A DNA stretch of 40,719 nucleotides from a virus (Duplodnaviria; Caudoviricetes): IMG/VR virus record IMGVR_UViG_3300038673_000482, positions 1 through 40,719 of that record. The stretch is one strand, 5' to 3'. This document shows, in pieces, positions 35,701 through 40,719 of the stretch. The notes beneath the pieces were generated by a model that saw nothing but the letters and a program-made list of their open reading frames with translations, ran no database searches and was not told the origin of the DNA. The position numbers were made by a program, and so were the translations under genes. The stretch's first letter is position 1, and the number at the start of each line of letters is the position of its first letter.

Positions 35701-36330
35701 TCCCTCATAGACGAGACCCATCTCCCCCGTGATCCCTCGCCAGTCTCGATCGATCTCGACCCAGAACTCGGGTCCGGAGTAGGCCTTGAACTCAAGGAGG
35801 ACCTGCCGGCCGGAGGTGTCGGGGAGGCTCAGAGTCTTGACCCAGGCCCCCGCATCGTATCTGATCACGTCCCGGGCCGTCATCTTGAGGAGGGTCGGGA
35901 AGGTGTCCTGGGGGTTCGGTCGTTTCAGGAACTCGATCGCCCTCTCGACCCGCGTCTCCTTATGGTCAATCACCTCCCATTCGACGATCCCGAGATAGTC
36001 CATGACGCCTTTCTCGCAGATGGCGAATATCGGGTTCCTCGCAAGCCTGTCGTTGTCTGCCTGGAAGAATCCCTCTCGATAGATCCCGTATATGCCCCAA
36101 TAAGCATTTACCGAGGCGACGGCCTTCCGCATAGCGGCCCCGGTGACGGGGTGGTCTGTGTGCTTTTCCCCCCCGTTGCCGAAATACTTCTCGAATCCTG
36201 TAGTGGGTCTCGATTTCCCCTCTGCCCCTCGGAGGGTGTTCATTCTCTGTTTATACCCCGGATCATGTTCCGGGAGGGAGGCTTTTGTCTCCCCCAGGAG
36301 GTGGTCCCGGAGGAATCCGACGAGGGTCAT
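32731..36330 (-). CDS. Portal protein fused to a linker with two GPxGG motifs, a DUF3293-like domain and a RelA/SpoT-like nucleotidyltransferase
   Basis: Portal (~aa 1-470): L.RPNP, YG, F.NG.MPG, DMQWLE, IVWAMFG. DUF3293-like: FALISA...ELRKDL..KGY....GKYGE.EDSF.V...ELG...NQ..VL. RelA-like: GLDFRLKT..S, DDVTRFT, NFW...YKGVN, VELQFHTPESY..K...H.WYE..R. Confidence 0.88.
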   Translation of the reverse strand: MTLVGFLRDHLLGETKASLPEHDPGYKQRMNTLRGAEGKSRPTTGFEKYFGNGGEKHTDHPVTGAAMRKAVASVNAYWGIYGIYREGFFQADNDRLARNPIFAICEKGVMDYLGIVEWEVIDHKETRVERAIEFLKRPNPQDTFPTLLKMTARDVIRYDAGAWVKTLSLPDTSGRQVLLEFKAYSGPEFWVEIDRDWRGITGEMGLVYEGPYSLGYVKRYWQHARAGIFIPFDPKEVVYFCCYPRADSCYGTDFMQQLKWYLEYLIDSTKAAGMTFANGVMPGMKYKHPQYTSVSQLIEANAELNSANLGPENFNGVVNLIGEEDIEPLTPTMVDMQWLEGQMWVAKIVWAMFGFSSSEFVGDDVNRATAYVARNITKSRMLSPLLRKFEEMINENLLPDIEGWEPGWRFRFKDVVDLDDELKMAQIDQARAQVATTYMQLGVPLEAALRIAGLDDEKIERAVSAMEEAQEAAWNQGMEGGGGPMGPPGPGGGLNTNPQGGQQLSPDEAAQFYAEGDEDLGGPQVYNRDNFGSATSQEHEGSDEDRDKVKKADDGEYEDHKDFGRVKRVKVSMPEDRIEYAQPGKVPKGAKLYRGPRGGVYYLKSEVPKVGRPEPMKYEDLSKEHQATTLPRRPHAPTGGAQGAADYKRDYAPEREDHVTHRSHKGAQGASKHETKWDLRKKGQKKVPVHVGGAVRKGDDETEPDEMIEKAEPIYLKPGEEPPQGVKVYEGERGGRFYLERSKHATTLQSPPKQKGDTPLPEREGVDPNKPALGGPGSQDQEGQEGKPSPQEGGGGKPGKKYTAEERDQILRKYAKREPGKGIETEIADEDELAIILAHTKFALISAGPNNDEKKLNPLDFDQERYKKRHDELRKDLTEKGYVFTQVLGKYGEFEDSFLVMTHDADRDDIVELGKKMNQSTVLFCDHGQNEMIVTRGDNIGAAYTGEGYSWVQPNADEDFTAVYLEGRNGTVNFSLNINFDKERTEDVKKEEEEKKPEYTIDPEKIKQHADAIYKDGRERVDKNYKALKKAVVKNGGAFAGLDFRLKTWNSIHEALEIEHARHPHLTEDQLVQYVDDVTRFTSIISPYTYQETMMKTLADLEGSGVKVEKVSNFWRWGQGCYKGVNVKLLIEGKQVELQFHTPESYEIKQKRTHKWYEVARSRTATREQKNAAKAKIKEIYQSCKYPPRMENWHWDKTK

Positions 36331-37835
36331 TTCCAGGACCCCCGAAGAGGCTCGGTCTCCTGCCTCGTATATTTCTTCACTGCAGGTAACTGGGTGATCA
36401 TGACCCCTCCCAGGGGGACTTCGCCGGCGAACATGGCGAAGTCAAAAGCATCGAATTGGTCATCGTGTTCTCCCTCCGGCATCAAGCATAGTTCCTCGAC
36501 GAACAGGTTCAACCCTCGCTTGACCCAGACATGGCCGTTCTGGACGACTCCGGATCGGTTATAGGCGCGGGATACCTTGTCTCTGGTTGTCTTTATCTCC
36601 TTGATTCTTATGAACGGGAATGTATGTCGGACCCTCTGGCAGAAATCCTCCTGGAATGCGACGGCCTCGATCCCGCAGACGTAGGGTTTCCACTTCTGCC
36701 AGGTGGCCGCGATCACCTTGGTCCTCTGGTCATAGGTATACCTGCCCCGGGTGACGTCCAGGATGTAGAAGTCGGGGTTCCTGTCCTTTGAGATCCCGAT
36801 CGTGCATATCGCAAAATAGTCGGCCGTGTCTTTCTCCGAGACGGATGGGTCGACCCCGACGTATATCTTGAGGTCCCGGAGCTTGATCATCTGGCCGTCT
36901 TCTCTCTCGAGGACTGTCTCCCCTCCGACCGTCGTGAACTCGAAGTATTTGAACCAGTCGAATTGGAAGATGTCCCCTTTTTTCATCAGCTCGACGTCGT
37001 TCTGATACTGCAGGTTGAAGACGACGGCCCCGACGTTCTGCCGGATGGTCTGGAGTCCTGTCGTGATCTGCTTGCCTTCAATCCGGTCTTCGAGGGGCAT
37101 AAAATCCTCCCAGATTGAAGTCTCGGTCCCCTGCTCGTCTGTATTGATCGCCATCTGGATCTGCAGGTCGAAGTCAAGCTCCTCGATCAGCATCTTGTAG
37201 AGGTCGAGGTAGTGGTATCGGGTCCCGAGGACGTGGATCTCTCCCCCTGGGATGAGGGTCGGGAGGAGTGTGAGCTTGAACCAGTCCGCCATCCTCTCCC
37301 GTTCCCCCTCGGTCCTCGCATTCGCGAAGTTGACGAGGTCGTCGGCGAGGATGATGTCATAGTGCCCGGAGGTGACGGCCCCGGAGTTCGCGCCGTGAGC
37401 GGTCAGGGTCGCCTCGGTCAGGATCCTGGTCCGGCCGGCGAAGATGGCCTCGTGATCACTCCATTTGTTTCCCCGGAGGTCCCCGTAGATCTCCTGAATG
37501 AGCGGGTGGTACTGGGCCGCGTTCTTGATCGTGTTGAGGAATCGGGTTGCGTGTTGGTCTGTGTCCGAGACGATCAGGATCCTGATGTCAGGGTCATTGA
37601 CGGCCTTCCATGCCCCATACCCGATCGTCCCTACCCTGGTCTTCCCGCTCCCCCTGGGTGCGAGGTCAAGGGTCTGCTGGTGGTCGAGATAGTGGTCCAG
37701 GATCTTCTTGTGGTGTTCCCAGATGGTATATCCGAAGACCCGGTTCGTGAAGTAATCGACCGAAGACTGGAGGAGATCTTTCTGGAGTGCCGGCTCGACC
37801 TCATTGAAGAGGTCGAGGGCCTCGGGCAAGGGCAT
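36327..37835 (-). CDS. terL: Terminase large subunit
   Basis: Walker A APRGSGKT, Walker B DIILADD, GTRYH, nuclease VGVDPS and HDDQFDA. Confidence 0.95.
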   Translation of the reverse strand: MPLPEALDLFNEVEPALQKDLLQSSVDYFTNRVFGYTIWEHHKKILDHYLDHQQTLDLAPRGSGKTRVGTIGYGAWKAVNDPDIRILIVSDTDQHATRFLNTIKNAAQYHPLIQEIYGDLRGNKWSDHEAIFAGRTRILTEATLTAHGANSGAVTSGHYDIILADDLVNFANARTEGERERMADWFKLTLLPTLIPGGEIHVLGTRYHYLDLYKMLIEELDFDLQIQMAINTDEQGTETSIWEDFMPLEDRIEGKQITTGLQTIRQNVGAVVFNLQYQNDVELMKKGDIFQFDWFKYFEFTTVGGETVLEREDGQMIKLRDLKIYVGVDPSVSEKDTADYFAICTIGISKDRNPDFYILDVTRGRYTYDQRTKVIAATWQKWKPYVCGIEAVAFQEDFCQRVRHTFPFIRIKEIKTTRDKVSRAYNRSGVVQNGHVWVKRGLNLFVEELCLMPEGEHDDQFDAFDFAMFAGEVPLGGVMITQLPAVKKYTRQETEPLRGSWK

Positions 37836-38256
37836 CTCCTATCGCCTTGAGCTGGGCGTTCGTGAGCTTGTGCGTGACCTCGGTCTTGTTTTTGGTATTG
37901 ACGTCTGCCTCGATCTTCTGGGCGAGTGTGAACTCTCCGGGGTTCATCCTCTCGAGGCACCAGGCTCGGGCCTTCCAGTCAGGATGCGTGAGGATCCCGA
38001 CGAGGAGATCCCGCCTCGCCTCTGCCCGGGCGACCATGACCCTGTCCGCGAAGTCGATCATCTGCATTTCGAGGTCGGTTTTCTTCTCTTTATCCCGGGC
38101 GTTCTTTGCGATTTTTAACCACTCATAGAACTGCGGCTTTGAAATCCCGGCAAGATTAGCGGCTGTTTCGACGAATATCCCGTTCTTGATATTCTCGATT
38201 ATCCGGTCGATTATCTCTTTGTTCCGTAAAGTCGGGGGGCGGCCTCTTTTCGCCAT
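37801..38256 (-). CDS. terS: Terminase small subunit (start revised to MAKRGRPP)
   Basis: GRP, HTH ETAANLAGISKPQFYEW, DWKA.AW.LER; directly upstream of terL; late promoter 30 nt upstream. Confidence 0.85.
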   Translation of the reverse strand: MAKRGRPPTLRNKEIIDRIIENIKNGIFVETAANLAGISKPQFYEWLKIAKNARDKEKKTDLEMQMIDFADRVMVARAEARRDLLVGILTHPDWKARAWCLERMNPGEFTLAQKIEADVNTKNKTEVTHKLTNAQLKAIGDALARGPRPLQ

Positions 38257-38324
38257 AATCTCGTATAGAAAGGCCGGGATAATATACAGGATAGGAAATT
38301 TTTGGGGGGGATAAAAGGGGTATT

Positions 38325-38948
38325 TCAGGTCCCTGATGCCCCTGGGGCGGGGACAATACCTGGATATGCGAGCTGGAGGTTCGTCCCATAGACTTCTCCG
38401 AACTCTACCAGGTAGACGCCTCCGGACCAGGTCACATAGTAGTGTTTCAGGCCGGCGGCCTCGGCTGCCATCACCTGGGCTTTCATCTTGACGATGTCCT
38501 CGTTCGAGTGCCCGAATGTCATCCACCTGAAATTTGCCTCTGCCATGAAGATAGTCCGCTTCGGCTCGGTATACCCCCCACTCCCTCCCGGGGAATCCGC
38601 GACTACTTCCTTGACTGCCTCGCCGGCGTCCTTCCCTACCAGGGCCGTGACGACTGCAGGGCTCTGACTCGCGCCCCGGAAGACGAGCTTAATGCCTGTC
38701 TCCAGGAGGACGATGACTCCCGCATAGGCGAAGAGCTGTGTCTGGAGGTCGACGGAAGAGACAAGAATCCCGTCCGTGAAGAAATTCACGAGACCGATCG
38801 CGGCCGCGACGACGATGGTCGCGTAGAACTTCGCATCTGAAAATTCCTCTCCGCTCCCGAGATTCTTCTCTTTGTATTTCAGGGCGGCCGTGAAGGCACC
38901 CATCAGGATCGGGGTGACGACCCCGACGATCAAAGTAATGAAATCCAT
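38325..38948 (-). CDS. Holin-like membrane protein (3 TM) with soluble C-terminal domain
   Basis: Hydrophobic segments around GEEFSDAKF; GGTGA RBS; late operon. Confidence 0.55.
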   Translation of the reverse strand: MDFITLIVGVVTPILMGAFTAALKYKEKNLGSGEEFSDAKFYATIVVAAAIGLVNFFTDGILVSSVDLQTQLFAYAGVIVLLETGIKLVFRGASQSPAVVTALVGKDAGEAVKEVVADSPGGSGGYTEPKRTIFMAEANFRWMTFGHSNEDIVKMKAQVMAAEAAGLKHYYVTWSGGVYLVEFGEVYGTNLQLAYPGIVPAPGASGT

Positions 38949-38950
38949 GA

Positions 38951-39166
38951 TTAATTCACCTTGTTTTCATCGATCTTGTGGTCTCCGCACCAGTCGTCTT
39001 CATAGACGACAGGGAATCCGTTCATGGTCGGCGCGTGACGGCGGCACCTTCCGAGGTTCTTCGGGAGTGGTTGTCCGTCCCGGGCCTTCTGGACATACCA
39101 CATGCAGGTCCGGCACCTCATAGTGTCGGACCGATGGACCCAGTTATCATCCTCCAGTGGATTCAC
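38951..39166 (-). CDS. Cys-rich small protein (CRTC...CRRHAP...FP.V...DWCG.H)
   Basis: Motif pattern common in small virus metal-binding proteins. Confidence 0.65.
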   Translation of the reverse strand: MNPLEDDNWVHRSDTMRCRTCMWYVQKARDGQPLPKNLGRCRRHAPTMNGFPVVYEDDWCGDHKIDENKVN

Positions 39167-39926
39167 CCCCTGGGGGGACCGAGAAAGTGGATTTGAAGGA
39201 GGTCCATTGGATGTTCCCTCCGATTGTGGCCGGCTTGCCGATCGCCTGGATCCTCGTGGAGACCATGTTCTCGTATCCGAGTATCCCAGGGCCGCCTCCG
39301 TTCGAGGTCATCGACTGGGACCCTACATAGACCGACCCGATCCCGTTCACAGACCCGGAGAAGTTCATCCCCAGGGCATCAGGTGCATCAGAGGACCAGG
39401 CGGAAATCCCTCCCAGGGAGTTGTATCTGATCATCGATCCCATGAGGGAGGTATCGACTATCACTCGCGAGCAGTAGGCATCCTCGGCTGGGACAGTCTC
39501 GTTCCCTTGCCCCTCGGCCGCGAAATCTTCTCCTCCGCATCCCCCTTCTGGGACGCCGGCGTCGACCCCCTCAAAGAAGAATGAGTTCTGGTAGTATCCC
39601 GGTCCCGTCGAGGTGACATCTTTTCCGAGGTCCATGTTGATGATCTCGGCATTGACCAGTGAGAGGGACCCCCTGTAGGAGGAGGGTCCGGTCAACAGGA
39701 ATCGCTCGGCGGAGGATCCGGTGACGATCTCCTGACCACAATAGAGGGGAGGGGTCCCGGCCATATCCCCGTCAGAGATGGTGAAGATGGCCTCGCTGTC
39801 TCCGAACAGGGTCTCACCAGTCGCGCCCACCTGGACGGTCATCCCGGATCCGGCACATATCCCAACCAGGAGGGCGAGTAGGATCCCGTATCCTCCAAAA
39901 GTCGAGAGAAGAGGTCTCGAGTGCAT
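39147..39926 (-). CDS. Secreted/surface protein with signal peptide
   Basis: N-terminal GILLALLVGICAG; Gly/Ser/Thr-rich; late promoter 31 nt upstream. Confidence 0.7.
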   Translation of the reverse strand: MHSRPLLSTFGGYGILLALLVGICAGSGMTVQVGATGETLFGDSEAIFTISDGDMAGTPPLYCGQEIVTGSSAERFLLTGPSSYRGSLSLVNAEIINMDLGKDVTSTGPGYYQNSFFFEGVDAGVPEGGCGGEDFAAEGQGNETVPAEDAYCSRVIVDTSLMGSMIRYNSLGGISAWSSDAPDALGMNFSGSVNGIGSVYVGSQSMTSNGGGPGILGYENMVSTRIQAIGKPATIGGNIQWTSFKSTFSVPPGGESTGG

Positions 39927-39950
39927 ATATCACTCGATCGAAGTGCCGGA

Positions 39951-39968
39951 TATTATACAGGAATCAGG
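39951..39968 (-). promoter_or_regulatory. Late-type promoter CCTGATTCCTGTATAATA
   Basis: Identical to 26908-26925. Confidence 0.75.
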
Positions 39969-39982
39969 TGGGGGGTGGGGGG

Positions 39983-40261
39983 TTAATCGAACTTCTCGAT
40001 CACTCGGATCCGAGCCGTCTCTCCCAGGACCCCATCGATCAGGGGGGTGACGTAGTAGTTCCCTGCCTGGTCGAGGTCCCCCTCCTCAAGGGTATATGAG
40101 ATATTTGTGGTTCCGATAACCGGAGTCGCCGTCCAGGTGACGACGGATAGGTCTGGTTTCAGCACGTCGATGAAGGTGGTCTCCCCTCCCTCGAGGGTAA
40201 TGTTCACATCCAGGACCAGGATCTCGCCGATGGTCCCGGATTTCAGTGTGGTGACGTCCAT
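39983..40261 (-). CDS. Small Ig-like/BppU N-terminal-like structural protein
   Basis: KPD..V.W.A......I.Y....GDLDQAG.Y pattern. Confidence 0.6.
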   Translation of the reverse strand: MDVTTLKSGTIGEILVLDVNITLEGGETTFIDVLKPDLSVVTWTATPVIGTTNISYTLEEGDLDQAGNYYVTPLIDGVLGETARIRVIEKFD

Positions 40262-40719
40262 TTATGGTTCCTCCTTCTCTTCTTTCTCAATCGGTGTGTC
40301 AAGGGTATCTTCGACCTTCACAACCTGGGATTTGGCCTTGCCTTCCTGCAGGTGCGTGTCGAGATCAGCTCTGCGTCGCGTGGTGGCCCTCAACCAGGAG
40401 ACCCGAGTCTGTTTCAGAGGGAAAGTTATTTCCTCTCCCAGGGCGATGAGGACGGTCTCGCTTGATAGGATCCGGACGGTCGGGACCTCGCCAGTCTCAT
40501 CGACCGCGAGGAGGACCGCGTCCACTCCATCGAACTTTCTCCTGGTTCTCTCTCCCAGGGCGATGAGGACGGCGTCCTCTCTCTCAAATGCCCGGGCCGT
40601 GATCTCGTTGACCTTGATCAGGACCGTGTCTGCCCGGGAGATCCGGGCCGTGATCCCGGGGCCGCCCTCCTCGACCGCGATGAGGGCCTCGTCAGTGCAG
40701 GTGAACTGTCTCCTGGTGA
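40262..40719 (-). CDS. 3' part of the large fibre gene that starts at 2279
   Basis: In-frame continuation across the overlap: ...DEALIAVEEGG...EDAVLIALGERTRRK..DAVLLAVDE... Confidence 0.8.
   Translation of the reverse strand, partial: TRRQFTCTDEALIAVEEGGPGITARISRADTVLIKVNEITARAFEREDAVLIALGERTRRKFDGVDAVLLAVDETGEVPTVRILSSETVLIALGEEITFPLKQTRVSWLRATTRRRADLDTHLQEGKAKSQVVKVEDTLDTPIEKEEKEEP

Noticed and set aside
34651-36564. Long plus-strand ORFs (also 4-717, 492-1262, 15826-16683, 17805-18797, 29512-30855, 33136-33999)
   Set aside because: Antisense shadows of well-supported minus-strand genes in GC-rich DNA; no recognisable motifs.
32731-37835. Inteins explaining the long portal, or in the terminase
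   Set aside because: No C/S...HN-C/S/T splice junctions or LAGLIDADG motifs seen; terL has normal length.
40262-40525. Independent 87-aa gene
   Set aside because: It is the in-frame end of the fibre gene starting at 2279.
40677-40719. Biological direct terminal repeat
   Set aside because: The 43-bp overlap falls mid-gene and fits an assembler circularisation overlap; it shows circularity, not physical termini.

Overview
This looks like the complete circular genome (40,676 bp plus a 43-bp assembly overlap, 1-43 = 40677-40719) of a temperate, siphovirus-like archaeal tailed virus. The host is probably a Methanomicrobiales-type methanogen; this is inferred from the integrase style, TATA-box leaderless promoters, GGAGG/GGTGA ribosome-binding sites and ORB-like elements. 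Almost all genes lie on the minus strand, in this order: exit/membrane genes, terS, terL, portal, an accessory early island, MuF, an ADP-ribosyltransferase, protease/scaffold, major capsid, neck, tail, adhesin, integrase, a divergent RHH switch, an early operon with a DNA methyltransferase, and a second fibre operon crossing the contig ends. The main highlight is an apparent virion-delivered effector system. The portal is extended into a 1199-aa polyprotein ending in a DUF3293-like and a RelA/SpoT (Apk2-like) domain, followed by an immunity-like gene. A separate ADP-ribosyltransferase starts with the same ~25-aa motif found twice in the portal linker, and both carry [ILV]-x-K-A candidate protease sites. 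Other highlights: no recognisable replication gene but an inverted pair of host-like ORB elements around an AT-rich stretch; a UCC-UUU-CGC +1 frameshift candidate before the tape measure gene; two virus-specific promoter classes; and a tRNA-Ser-like candidate attP inside the integrase reading frame. All family calls come from motif recognition by eye; no searches were run.
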